From positions 8,455 to 72,454 of the forward strand of contig MEUZ01000004.1 of the NCBI GenBank assembly GCA_001772615.1: 64,000 nucleotides of DNA. The letters run 5' to 3'. The position numbers and the translations under genes are program-made. Below the pieces are notes generated by a model. That model had not been told where the DNA came from. It saw only the letters and a program-made list of their open reading frames with translations, and ran no database searches. Origin of the DNA: a candidate division WWE3 bacterium RIFCSPHIGHO2_01_FULL_40_23. GTDB lineage: Bacteria > Patescibacteriota > WWE3 > UBA101185 > 2-01-FULL-41-18. Shown in pieces: positions 20,003 through 29,166 of the stretch. Numbering within the stretch: position 1 is the stretch's first letter; each line of letters opens with the position of its first letter.

Positions 20003-20221
20003 ATGGACGAATTTCTTTATAAAGTTCCATTAATAGGAAGCATTATAAAAAAACAGTACAGCTATTTCAGAAACCACATGGCCCTGACTGATCTATTTCA
20101 TTTACTGGCTGGGTTCGGACTAGCGCTTATTTTCTTTACCAGTAGGATGCTACTTGGGTTTGTTATCCTCGGTTTTAGTATTTTGTACCATTTGTATGCG
20201 ATACTTAAAGTCAGAGATTAG
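20003..20221 (+). CDS. small hypothetical membrane protein (start moved downstream of tRNA-Leu)
   Basis: The track ORF begins inside the tRNA; first Met after the tRNA gives a 72-aa protein with two hydrophobic helices. Confidence 0.3.
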   Translation: MDEFLYKVPLIGSIIKKQYSYFRNHMALTDLFHLLAGFGLALIFFTSRMLLGFVILGFSILYHLYAILKVRD

Positions 20222-20230
20222 CCGTAAACT

Positions 20231-20926
20231 ATGTTTAGCTCCTTAACTCTTAAGGTTAAATTTGCTCTTTTCACTTTAGTACTTCTTGTACTTACCGGAG
20301 CAGTTTTGAATTACTCCGAATCTCTCAAACACAACAGTGAAAAGCTCCCTCCAGGGCTTGAGGAAAAACACAAGTTTAGAAAATGGATTGGAAAATGGAA
20401 GGATGAATTCCCTCAATTAGAGGCTGATACTTTTAAACAAATAGATGATGGAGAAATAATTTCCTCAACAAACCCAAGATACACGGTTGAAGAACTGAAT
20501 TTGGAGAAAGTCCAAACCGAAATAGCAAAATACAAAGGTGAAAGATATGTTGTTATTGCACCTGACAAACTTCAACTTCTTAACTTCAGGGTGTTCTTTT
20601 CCAATAATAAGGAAGCAACCTCTTCGTATGTTTATTACTTTGGAATACGTGATGACAAAGTTTTGCATGGACCTATTTATGAATGTAAGAAAACAAGCTG
20701 CTATTTTGATAAACCATTTTTTGAGGGGCCTGATCTGTTCTACCTTCCGGAAGTGGAAGAAAAAGTTATTCCAAATAAAGCTATGAAAGGCGCAACATCC
20801 ACTCCCGCTGTTTATGAACTATACCTGCATGAATTTGACCTCAAAGCCAACAAAAGAAAAACATATATCTCCACGCAACTTCTTACAGACTTCAGTAAAA
20901 TACAAGAAGTCCTTGAAGACCTTTAA
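20231..20926 (+). CDS. hypothetical secreted protein
   Basis: 231-aa ORF with N-terminal signal/TM helix. Confidence 0.45.
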   Translation: MFSSLTLKVKFALFTLVLLVLTGAVLNYSESLKHNSEKLPPGLEEKHKFRKWIGKWKDEFPQLEADTFKQIDDGEIISSTNPRYTVEELNLEKVQTEIAKYKGERYVVIAPDKLQLLNFRVFFSNNKEATSSYVYYFGIRDDKVLHGPIYECKKTSCYFDKPFFEGPDLFYLPEVEEKVIPNKAMKGATSTPAVYELYLHEFDLKANKRKTYISTQLLTDFSKIQEVLEDL

Positions 20927-20981
20927 TCCACTCCTAACTTAATACTTACAGCAAGATGTGATAAATTAAACATGACTACGG

Positions 20982-21058
20982 CGGGGTGTAGCTCAGTTGG
21001 CTAGAGCGCTACGTTTGGGACGTAGAAGTCGGAGGTTCAAGTCCCCCCACCCCGACCA
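20982..21058 (+). tRNA. tRNA-Pro (anticodon TGG)
   Basis: C1-G72 acceptor CGGGGTG/CACCCCG, anticodon stem CTACG/CGTAG with loop TTTGGGA, T-loop TTCAAGT; one A-C mismatch in my T-stem fold. Confidence 0.75.
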
Positions 21059-21091
21059 AAGCTGAAAAACTTAAATGGTACAATATAAACT

Positions 21092-21757
21092 GTGATTCCT
21101 ATTAAAGACAGTGAGCCATCAGGCATATTTCCTTTAGCAACTATATCAATAGTAATAATCTGCGCAATTATTCTATTTAACGAGATGTCTCAAGTTAACC
21201 TTGAGGAGTTTGTTTTTAAATGGGCACTGGTACCGTCACTTATTGACTTTTCAAACTTTTCAACACTTTATCCATTTGTGACATCCATATTTCTCCATGG
21301 CGGTTTTTTGCATTTTCTCTCCAACATGTGGTTTCTTCTGATTTTCGGAGACAATGTTGAAGCCTCTCTGGGAACAATTAAATATATTATATTTTTCCTA
21401 CTAGCTGGTATATTTGCTTCCTTTGTTCAATTTTTATTTCTCGTAGGGAGTAATGTGCCAATCCTTGGAGCAAGCGGCGCCATAGCGGGGGTTCTTGGTT
21501 TTTATATGGTCGCTTTCCCAAAAAACAAAGTAGATACTTTAATTCCTTACATTGGCCTTATAACAACAATTCGTCTTCCCGCGCAAGCTGTTCTTCTAAT
21601 GTGGTTTGTCACACAGCTCTTTAACGGGACTGCGGGATTTATTTCAGAAACATCAGCCACTTCAGGAATTGCATGGTGGGCTCATATTGGCGGGTTTATA
21701 TTTGGAGCTTTTATAGGACTTCTACATGGAAACTCGAAAAGGTCTTTTAATGTTTAA
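21092..21757 (+). CDS. rhomboid family intramembrane serine protease
   Basis: FLHGGFLHFLSNMWFLLIFG, catalytic GASGAIAG and AHIGGFIFG His motif across 6 TM helices. Confidence 0.85.
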   Translation: MIPIKDSEPSGIFPLATISIVIICAIILFNEMSQVNLEEFVFKWALVPSLIDFSNFSTLYPFVTSIFLHGGFLHFLSNMWFLLIFGDNVEASLGTIKYIIFFLLAGIFASFVQFLFLVGSNVPILGASGAIAGVLGFYMVAFPKNKVDTLIPYIGLITTIRLPAQAVLLMWFVTQLFNGTAGFISETSATSGIAWWAHIGGFIFGAFIGLLHGNSKRSFNV

Positions 21758-22299
21758 TTCTGCTGGAATGTTGTAGTCTCAATTATTTCAGAAAAATAAC
21801 TTTCTTTAAGCTTTCTTACCTCTTCAGAATCCGTTGGGTTAAATAAAACTACATATCTTACTTTTATACTTGAGTTATAAGGAAATGGAACTTCCGACAC
21901 AAAACTCGCTACGGATGAAAGGTCAGAAGAGAAATTAACTTCTTTATTAACGTGGGTACCGTAGACAACGACTGGCTTTAGATTATTCGTTAGTGGAGAA
22001 GTCTCTTTGTAGAAAACAGATCTTGAAGAAAAACTTACTGGGATAATGTACACATAGCCGAAAAGACCTTTTGAGGAGGTTAAAGATAAGCTAAGTGTAG
22101 CTCCTTTAACGGGGCTTTCAGACGCATTTAACTCTTTAATAAGAAGATTAGGGGGGTATTTAAAGCTGAAGTTGTGTTCAATGTCTTTATACTTTGCCCA
22201 GATATTCCTAGGCCATCTAATATTATCCCTGTTTATAACTCCATATACAGCAATACCCGCAAGTGCAAGAAAAGATATAATTAAAAGGGCAGATTTCAT
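21754..22299 (-). CDS. hypothetical secreted protein
   Basis: 181-aa ORF with N-terminal signal anchor. Confidence 0.45.
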   Translation of the reverse strand: MKSALLIISFLALAGIAVYGVINRDNIRWPRNIWAKYKDIEHNFSFKYPPNLLIKELNASESPVKGATLSLSLTSSKGLFGYVYIIPVSFSSRSVFYKETSPLTNNLKPVVVYGTHVNKEVNFSSDLSSVASFVSEVPFPYNSSIKVRYVVLFNPTDSEEVRKLKESYFSEIIETTTFQQN

Positions 22300-22396
22300 A
22301 TGAGCTTTCTAACAACTATAATATACTCGCAAAATCCTTACTACAATGGTCTAGGCAATTTCTGACTTCCACACAATTTTGAACTTTTAGGAAATT

Positions 22397-23023
22397 ATGG
22401 TATCTTTTTCACATCTTATGAAAAACTTTCTGCCCGGAAAAGATTTCACGCTTGTTGCCGCGTGGTTTTTTGCGTCCAATATGATTGTTCTAGTTTTAAT
22501 TATTATTCTTCTTTCGGTTCCAACAGGCGCGAGAAGTACAAATGAGGAAAATATCACTTATTCGGTCTTTTCTTCAAAACCTCCGGTTAACGCCACAATA
22601 TCCGATTCAGTAGAAATAGATGATGCCAGGGCTGCAATTATTGATCAATATTTCAAAGAACATAAGTGCCCGCTAGCTGGAACCGGGCGAAAAATGGTAG
22701 AGCTTTCGGATGAACATAACTTTGAGTTCTGGTGGCTTCCTGCTATAGCGTGGCAGGAGTCATCCTGCGGAAAAAACATCATTGATGGCTCCTATAACGC
22801 GTGGGGATATGGTATTTATGGTGACAACGCAAAAAAATTCTCGAACTGGGATGAAGCCATGGAAATAATAGCCAATGACCTTTCCGTAAACTTTTTTGGT
22901 AAAGGCCTTGTAGAACCATGTGAGGTTGAAAGAAGATACACACCCCCTTCTAAAGGGAGCTGGTGTAGAAGCATCAAATACTTTAAAGACGAACTTATCA
23001 ACTACAAATCCCCCAATATTTAA
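22397..23023 (+). CDS. hypothetical secreted protein, possible lysozyme-like/transglycosylase fold
   Basis: N-terminal TM; AIAWQESSCGKN..NAWGYGIYG loosely resembles the E-S catalytic motif region of SLT/GH23 domains (weak). Confidence 0.35.
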   Translation: MVSFSHLMKNFLPGKDFTLVAAWFFASNMIVLVLIIILLSVPTGARSTNEENITYSVFSSKPPVNATISDSVEIDDARAAIIDQYFKEHKCPLAGTGRKMVELSDEHNFEFWWLPAIAWQESSCGKNIIDGSYNAWGYGIYGDNAKKFSNWDEAMEIIANDLSVNFFGKGLVEPCEVERRYTPPSKGSWCRSIKYFKDELINYKSPNI

Positions 23024-23060
23024 ATCTCCTTTAGTTAATCTGTGATAATATTTAAGCTAG

Positions 23061-23151
23061 GCCGGGATGGCGGAATGGCAGACGCGATGGGCTTAGAACC
23101 CATTGGGGTTTCAAAAACCCCGTGGGAGTTCAAATCTCCCTCCCGGCACCA
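23061..23151 (+). tRNA. tRNA-Leu (anticodon TAG), type II
   Basis: Acceptor GCCGGGA/TCCCGGC, anticodon stem ATGGG/CCCAT with loop CTTAGAA, variable arm GGGG..CCCC, T-arm GGGAG-TTCAAAT-CTCCC, encoded CCA. Confidence 0.85.
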
Positions 23152-23306
23152 AGATCACTTCTAAGCTAATTGGAATCTTCTAGAGCTAAAAAACCAATAT
23201 AAAAGATTTGAAAGCCGCAGCCCGAGTTTATCGAGGGCGAGGCGGGGTCGCGAGCGTTAGAAACTCTTACGAACGAAGTGAGTTAGAGCTTCTTACAACT
23301 CGTGAC

Positions 23307-23329
23307 CAAATCTCCCTCCCGGCACCAAG
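23307..23329 (+). repeat. 23-bp direct repeat copy of the tRNA-Leu(TAG) 3' end (caaatctccctcccggcaccaag)
   Basis: Identical to 23131..23153; lacks the 5' half of the T-stem so not a functional tRNA; att-like duplication. Confidence 0.8.
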
Positions 23330-23335
23330 TAAAAC

Positions 23336-23767
23336 TTACGCAAGGTCAATATTCCAAATCATTATAAAAAATTTCTTTACATTCCTGTAAATCCAGTAGA
23401 GAAGAAGATAAAGATGAATTACTGTTATAACTTTAGCGCTGACTTCTAAAGAATTATTTAAAAGAAAGGAATAAGCAGGCATGAGGAAAGAAAAACCTAT
23501 ATAGGAAAGAACAACAATCAAAGCAAGGTACGAAAGCTTCCATAAAAAATCCTGATAGAGAAAGGTTTGGGCTAAAATATCAATGAAAAAAAGGCAAGCG
23601 CCAGAAGCTAAAAGAGTTAACACAACTCTTAAAAACATACCAAGCTCCAGATTTCCAAAATATGAAACAAAAAGTAGATAAAAGGTTAAGGAAAAAAACA
23701 GTAAAACGAGATAATAAATTCCCTTCTCAAGAGTCTGCTCACTTGCCATACTTATTTCATAACACAA
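23336..23767 (-). CDS. hypothetical polytopic membrane protein
   Basis: 143-aa ORF with four hydrophobic helices. Confidence 0.4.
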   Translation of the reverse strand: MCYEISMASEQTLEKGIYYLVLLFFSLTFYLLFVSYFGNLELGMFLRVVLTLLASGACLFFIDILAQTFLYQDFLWKLSYLALIVVLSYIGFSFLMPAYSFLLNNSLEVSAKVITVIHLYLLLYWIYRNVKKFFIMIWNIDLA

Positions 23768-23810
23768 AAGCCGTGTTTACTTCAAGATTATATGCTAAAA
23801 TACCGCGGTT

Positions 23811-24653
23811 ATGGAAGTGAAAGTTGAAAAACTCCCAAAATCAACCGTTAAACTCATAATTAAAATTGAATCCGATAAAGTCAAGGAAACTTACCAGCAT
23901 GTACTTTCGGAGTTCGCAGAAGAGACCGAAATGGAAGGCTTTAGAAAAGGCAAAGCCCCACTTCCTCTAGTTGAAAAGACAGTAAAAGAAGGTGACCTTA
24001 ATGGAGAAACCATAAACCACCTGCTAAGGCAGTATTACACATCAGCTCTAAAAGAGCACATGATTAAACCCGTTGGTAATCCTAAGGTAATAATCAAGGC
24101 TTTCTCAAAAGACGCGGATTTCGAATTTGAGGCCGAAATTGCAGTTAAGCCAGATATAGCCCTAGGAGACTACAAATCAAAACTTAAACAAGTCCATCTA
24201 AAGAAAAACCTTGAAAACAAAGACGAAAAGCAAAGCCTAAACATTGAAGATGTTATATTCGCTGTATCGGAAGTTTGCGAGGTGGAGTTTTCAGACATTT
24301 TGGTAGAAGAAGAAGTAAATAGAATGCTTGGGAGGCTCCTCCAACAAGCTGAAACCCTCGGATTAAACATAGAGCAGTACCTTTCAGCGCAAAACAAAAC
24401 AGTTGAACAGCTGCGAAAAGAGTATGAGGAAACAGCGAAGAAAAACATTAAAGCCGAGTTCGCTTTGTCTAAAGCAATTGAGCAAGAGGACATTAAAGTA
24501 GAGGATAGCGAAATAGAAGAAGCCATAAACGCTGTCCCTGACGAAAAAGTAAGGGAGGAACTTCAAAACGGGACAGACAGGTGGTATATTATCAGTATAC
24601 TGGCTAAAAACAAGCTTATTAAAAAATTAATAGATGAAACGGAGGGTAAATAA
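23811..24653 (+). CDS. tig: trigger factor, short form lacking the PPIase domain
   Basis: N-terminal ribosome-binding domain with GFRKGKAPL signature and C-terminal arm-like helical region; only 280 aa; followed by clpP as in the canonical tig-clpP arrangement. Confidence 0.75.
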   Translation: MEVKVEKLPKSTVKLIIKIESDKVKETYQHVLSEFAEETEMEGFRKGKAPLPLVEKTVKEGDLNGETINHLLRQYYTSALKEHMIKPVGNPKVIIKAFSKDADFEFEAEIAVKPDIALGDYKSKLKQVHLKKNLENKDEKQSLNIEDVIFAVSEVCEVEFSDILVEEEVNRMLGRLLQQAETLGLNIEQYLSAQNKTVEQLRKEYEETAKKNIKAEFALSKAIEQEDIKVEDSEIEEAINAVPDEKVREELQNGTDRWYIISILAKNKLIKKLIDETEGK

Positions 24654-24654
24654 T

Positions 24655-25263
24655 ATGTCAACTTCCAAAGGTCAACTAATCCCTGTAGTGGTAGAGAAAG
24701 ATCCTAAAGGTTTTGAAAGATCGTATGATATATATTCAAGGCTTTTAAAAGATAGAATTGTTTTCCTTCAAGACCAAATAGACACTTTTCATGCAAATAT
24801 AGTAATAGCCCAGCTTTTATTCCTGCAGGCTGAAAATCCTAAAGAGGATATAAAGCTTTATATAAACAGCCCAGGGGGAAGCGTGTACGCAGGAATGGCG
24901 GTTTATGACACTATCAAACACTTATCCTGTGACATTTCAACTATTGCAGTTGGGATGGCGGCGTCCATGGCTTCTTTAATACTCTCTGCAGGAACCAAAG
25001 GCAAAAGGTACGCTCTTCCTAACTCTATAGTTTTAATACATCAACCTCTAATGCATGGGCTTGAAGGTCAGGCTTCGGACATTGAAATTCATGCCAAAGA
25101 ACTTTTAAGGTTAAAAGATATGAGCGCTGAAGTTTTGGCAAAAAATACTGGTCAGAAAAAGGATAAGATATTAAGGGATATGGATAGAGATTTCTTTATG
25201 ACTGCAAAAGAGTCTAAAGAATACGGGATTATAGATAACGTGTTTGAAGAGAAGAAAGCTTAA
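24655..25263 (+). CDS. clpP: ATP-dependent Clp protease proteolytic subunit
   Basis: [19 protein letters not shown], catalytic Ser in [11 protein letters not shown], His in IHQPL; start placed at the Met with proper spacing after tig. Confidence 0.95.
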   Translation: MSTSKGQLIPVVVEKDPKGFERSYDIYSRLLKDRIVFLQDQIDTFHANIVIAQLLFLQAENPKEDIKLYINSPGGSVYAGMAVYDTIKHLSCDISTIAVGMAASMASLILSAGTKGKRYALPNSIVLIHQPLMHGLEGQASDIEIHAKELLRLKDMSAEVLAKNTGQKKDKILRDMDRDFFMTAKESKEYGIIDNVFEEKKA

Positions 25264-25311
25264 GCTTGGTGGGTCTGTGCCACGTTAAATTTGCGAAAGC
25301 AAGTTTTCACG

Positions 25312-25388
25312 TGGTGGGTCTGATAGGACTCGAACCTATGACCTTCTCGATGTCAACGAGACGCTCTAACCAACTGAGCTACAGACCC
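25312..25388 (-). tRNA. tRNA-Val (anticodon GAC)
   Basis: Reverse complement folds with acceptor GGGTCTG/CAGACCC, anticodon stem TCTCG/CGAGA with loop TTGACAT, T-loop TTCGAGT, encoded CCA. Confidence 0.85.
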
Positions 25389-25465
25389 CCGCAACCTTAA
25401 CTATATTAATTAATTACCCTCATTAAATCAACTTTAAACCTTCTAGATACGAAATCACATTTTAC

Positions 25466-25493
25466 TTGACAGGAAACCTATAGTCCGTATAAT
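25466..25493 (+). promoter_or_regulatory. near-consensus sigma70 promoter (TTGACA, 16-nt spacer, TATAAT)
   Basis: ttgacaggaaacctatagtccgtataat read directly; drives the GC-rich unit downstream. Confidence 0.6.
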
Positions 25494-25499
25494 TAGAGA

Positions 25500-25935
25500 A
25501 ACTTTAGAGATCATTAAGGAGAAGACAAGATGGAGCTCTATCTTTTGTTTATCGGGGGTATAACCCTTGTGGGAATTACCCTTTTCCTTGGGGTTTGGGC
25601 TTTGTCCAGGATCAGGGTGAGCCTTCCCGTCACGAGTCTGCCGAAAATCAAAGGGCCTCCTCGGCTTAATGAGCAACCCGCGAAGGCAAAGATCCTTTCT
25701 GCATGGAGGTCGGACAAAGGCGCACTGGTTATTAATACTGCTTCTGCACGTAAGTTCCCTACGACTGCACCAAAGGCTAAAGGCCATGGCTACCGCAAAG
25801 CAATGAAAATTGTGAAGGGGCGGGGTAGGCATCCTCATCTCCACTCAAGAAACGCGCTCAAGTGGGCACGTTTAACTCTTAGAACCGCGTAGAACATCTA
25901 AGACCGTCGCACACGCACCTGTGGCGGTCTTTTTA
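25500..25935 (+). ncRNA. candidate structured ncRNA of unknown identity, OR a foreign-composition small basic membrane protein gene (25530..25892)
   Basis: About 50 percent GC versus the AT-rich surroundings; bounded by consensus promoter and strong terminator; both-strand ORFs translate to low-quality proteins, but the + ORF has an AAGGAG SD 8 nt upstream of its ATG, so a coding reading cannot be excluded. Confidence 0.3.
25901..25933 (+). terminator. intrinsic terminator (10-bp stem gaccgtcgca/tgtggcggtc, 8-nt loop, TTTTT)
   Basis: Hairpin plus U-run read directly; also lies just beyond the convergent truB stop. Confidence 0.65.
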
Positions 25936-25936
25936 C

Positions 25937-26611
25937 TTAAAGATCATCCAAATTTAAACTATCTTCAACTTTAAATTTTCCAACCATTGTTCTGACAAGT
26001 TTAATAAGAGTTGCTCCTGTACCCATCTTTTTACCAAGATCATGAGCCAAGGATCTAATATATGTTCCTGATTGACATACAACTCTAATGGAAAGGACAG
26101 GAAAATCCTTTTTGACTTTTTCAACTCGTTTTACCTCAAATCCCTCAACTTTAATATCCTTAATCTCAACTTCTCTTACGGGAAGAGCTGTATAATTTTT
26201 AACCCCAGATCTTGCAATGTCATACAGTCTTCTTCCTTTTACTTTAACTGCGGAATAAAAAGGGACCACCTGTTTTATCTTTCCCAAAAAAGAGCTGATA
26301 ACTTCATTAAACTCATACGCTTTAAAAGCGGTTTCGGGATTCTCATAGACACAAGTTATTTTCCCTTCTAAATCATATGTGTCCGTTTCAATTCCAAAGG
26401 CAATCCCCGCGTAATATTCCTTCTCAAGATGCATGTAGGAATTCTGATTTTTAGTTTCCTCATCTGTTAGAACAATAAGAACTCCTTCAGCCATCGGGTC
26501 CAAAGTTCCTGCATGTCCGGCTTTTCTAACACCAAGCTTTTCCTTCACTATTTTAACGACATCAAAACTTGTGAACCCTTTTGGTTTAAAAACATTCAAA
26601 ACTTCGCCCAT
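25937..26611 (-). CDS. truB: tRNA pseudouridine(55) synthase
   Basis: GVLNVFKPKGFTSFDVV..AGHAGTLDPMAEGVL catalytic Asp motif. Confidence 0.9.
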   Translation of the reverse strand: MGEVLNVFKPKGFTSFDVVKIVKEKLGVRKAGHAGTLDPMAEGVLIVLTDEETKNQNSYMHLEKEYYAGIAFGIETDTYDLEGKITCVYENPETAFKAYEFNEVISSFLGKIKQVVPFYSAVKVKGRRLYDIARSGVKNYTALPVREVEIKDIKVEGFEVKRVEKVKKDFPVLSIRVVCQSGTYIRSLAHDLGKKMGTGATLIKLVRTMVGKFKVEDSLNLDDL

Positions 26612-26713
26612 AACACAAATATATCAAATAAGACCTACAAACCGACCTAAGCCGGGTACTATAGACTCCCCATGTGATACAATACATCCCGCGGGCAGAA
26701 AGCCCTATTTTTT

Positions 26714-28543
26714 ATGACCAAAACAAGAAACGACATTAGAAATATCGCAATAATTGCCCATGTTGACCACGGAAAGACCACACTCGTGGATGGAATGCTA
26801 AAGCAAACTAAAGTTTTCAGGGAAAACCAGGCTGAAATGAACCAGGATACAATTCTTGATTCAAACCAACTTGAAAGAGAAAAAGGAATTACAATCTTTG
26901 CCAAAAATGCGTCTATTCACTACAGGGGCATCAAAATAAACATAATTGATACCCCGGGTCATGCAGATTTTGGCGGAGAAGTGGAAAGGGTTTTAAACAT
27001 GGCGGACGGAGCACTATTAATAGTTGATTCATCGGAAGGGCCAATGGCCCAAACCAAGTTTGTTCTAAAGAAAGCTCTTGATCTAAACCTTAAGATTATC
27101 CTTGTTATAAATAAACTGGACAAAAAAGACCAAAGATCGAAAGAGGTTTTAAAACTCACGGAACACCTTTTCCTGGACCTCTCCAAAAATGATGAACAAC
27201 TTCATTTCCCCGTAATTTATGCTATTGGAAGAGAAGGAAAAGCCTACAGCTCATTTGAAGACTTCAAACAAAATAAATCTCAAAATCTTATTCCGCTCCT
27301 TGATAAGATAATTGACTTTTTTCACGGTCCGAATGTCAGCGAAACAGACCCCTTTCAAATGCTTGTTACTTCTCTTGATTTTGATTCACATCTTGGAAAA
27401 CACGCAATTGGTAAAGTGTTGTCAGGTAGCGTTAAAAAAGGAAACGAGCTAAAACTCTTTGGTAAACATGAGTCATCCCTAGTCAAAGTTGAAAAAGTTC
27501 TCGTTACAGAAGGTCTCTCAAAATTAGAGGTGCCTGAAGCAAAGGCCGGTGAGATTGTAACACTTGTCGGAATTTCCGGTGCCAAAATCGGGGATACTAT
27601 TGCAGGTAAATCCATAGAAAAAGCGCTTCCTAGAATAGAAGTTACTGAACCAACTTTAAAAATAACAATCGGAGCAAACACTTCACCTTTTTCAGGACTT
27701 GAAGGAAAGTATGTTACTTCAAGAGTCCTTGGTGAGAGGCTAATGCAGGAAGTTGAAACAAATGTAGCTTTAAATGTTGTCCCTAATCCAAATGGCAATG
27801 ACTTCATTGTGTCTGGAAGAGGCGAGCTTCATCTTGCAGTATTAATTGAAACCTTAAGAAGAGAAGGATTTGAACTTCAAGTTTCAAGGCCCGAAGTTAT
27901 ATACAAAGAAAAAGACGGAAAAACGCTTGAACCCATAGAAGATGTAATTATTGAGGTTAAAGATAGTTTTATAGGAAATATAACATCTGAAATGGGCGGG
28001 AGAAGAGCAAAACTTCTTGATATGAAAAGCGATGGGAGCGGGAATACGCATCTGGAATATAAAATACCGGTGAAAAATCTTCTTGGCTTTAGATCACAGT
28101 TTTTAACCCTGACCAAAGGGACAGGGGTAGTTAATACATCATTTCATGGCTATGAACCTGCTTTGGAATTTAACACAAAACTAAGAAACGGTGTTTTAAT
28201 AGCTTCGGATTCTGGTACTGCGACTCTTAACGGTCTGGAAGTAGCGCAGGGTAGGGGAGTAACTTTTATTTATCCAGGAACAAAAGTGTATGAAGGGATG
28301 ATTATTGGATTAAACACAAGAAGTGAAGATATTGAAATAAATGTTGTAAAAGAAAAAACGCTAACTAACGTGAGAAGTGGAAATGACGCACGAGGTATTC
28401 TCCTTTCCCCTCCAAAAATATTAAGCCTTGAAGAAGCGCTCACCTTTATAGAAGGAGATGAGTTGTTAGAAGTTACTCCCAAAAACCTACGGCTTAGAAA
28501 AAGAATTCTAAAGAAAGACTTAAGATACAAATCAAAAAGATAG
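26714..28543 (+). CDS. typA: translational GTPase TypA/BipA
   Basis: NIAIIAHVDHGKTTLVD G1, DTPGHADF G3, NKLD G4, EF-G-like domains and BipA C-terminal domain. Confidence 0.95.
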   Translation: MTKTRNDIRNIAIIAHVDHGKTTLVDGMLKQTKVFRENQAEMNQDTILDSNQLEREKGITIFAKNASIHYRGIKINIIDTPGHADFGGEVERVLNMADGALLIVDSSEGPMAQTKFVLKKALDLNLKIILVINKLDKKDQRSKEVLKLTEHLFLDLSKNDEQLHFPVIYAIGREGKAYSSFEDFKQNKSQNLIPLLDKIIDFFHGPNVSETDPFQMLVTSLDFDSHLGKHAIGKVLSGSVKKGNELKLFGKHESSLVKVEKVLVTEGLSKLEVPEAKAGEIVTLVGISGAKIGDTIAGKSIEKALPRIEVTEPTLKITIGANTSPFSGLEGKYVTSRVLGERLMQEVETNVALNVVPNPNGNDFIVSGRGELHLAVLIETLRREGFELQVSRPEVIYKEKDGKTLEPIEDVIIEVKDSFIGNITSEMGGRRAKLLDMKSDGSGNTHLEYKIPVKNLLGFRSQFLTLTKGTGVVNTSFHGYEPALEFNTKLRNGVLIASDSGTATLNGLEVAQGRGVTFIYPGTKVYEGMIIGLNTRSEDIEINVVKEKTLTNVRSGNDARGILLSPPKILSLEEALTFIEGDELLEVTPKNLRLRKRILKKDLRYKSKR

Positions 28544-28566
28544 GAAGCGAAACGCCAAATGATACG

Positions 28567-28953
28567 TCAACGCTTCCCATTCAATCTATCAAGCTCGCGC
28601 CTTAATTCTTCTTGACTCTTCCCACTTAAGTTTTTCCCGTTTTCGTCCCCTTTGTACTTGATGATAACGGCACCCGATCTTCCAATACCATTCAAGAGTG
28701 AAAGTTCGTGCGCAACTACCACAACATGAACCTTTCCTTCCGCTCCCAATTTCTTAATGAACCAGCCGACGCCTTGGTAGTAAACAACAATTACCAAGTC
28801 CCATCTTTGCTCCTCCAAAAATCTTAAAGCCTCCCTAATTGACCCGGCAACAACAGTTTCAAATCCTTTCTCTTCCACTATCCGGATCAAACTCACATCA
28901 ATGCGAACAAATACTTCTCCCTTAGCTTCAACTAACAAGCATCTTTTATCCAT
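28567..28953 (-). CDS. hypothetical protein with degenerate CheY-like receiver fold (no phospho-acceptor Asp)
   Basis: beta-alpha alternation like receiver domains (CLLVEAKGE..WDLVIVVYY..VVVVAHE) but the acidic pocket residues are not conserved. Confidence 0.3.
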   Translation of the reverse strand: MDKRCLLVEAKGEVFVRIDVSLIRIVEEKGFETVVAGSIREALRFLEEQRWDLVIVVYYQGVGWFIKKLGAEGKVHVVVVAHELSLLNGIGRSGAVIIKYKGDENGKNLSGKSQEELRRELDRLNGKR

Positions 28954-29166
28954 GGTCCTCTCCTTCTGTTATAAAGATCATTATTATCAGGATTTACTAA
29001 AATGTATAGTAGTGCCTTGACTTAAGTTTTATAACACGGTTTAATATCCTAAATGATTCTTGACTATTCAATACATGAACTTGTAACCCTTTTCACCACA
29101 ACCCCGTAAGGGGTAATAAATTCACACACCAGCTTAATATTTTTCTAATCATTAAAAAGGTATAAA

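Noticed and set aside
18319-20926. Pycsar/CBASS-like antiphage module around the nucleotidyl cyclase
   Set aside because: No cNMP-binding, TIR, patatin or other effector gene adjacent; neighbours are tRNAs and small membrane proteins.
25264-25322. 11-nt duplicate of the tRNA-Val 3' end (tggtgggtctg) and weak hairpin after clpP
   Set aside because: Too short to call an att site with confidence; mentioned only within the tig-clpP finding.
25455-25844. 129-aa minus-strand ORF in the GC-rich unit
   Set aside because: Translation is Cys/Pro/Arg-rich nonsense with no start context. The region is better explained as an ncRNA or as the plus-strand small gene.
28954-29166. T-box or other leader upstream of thrS
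   Set aside because: No T-box consensus (AAUUAGGGUGGUACCGCG-like) found; only a generic hairpin accccgtaaggggt.
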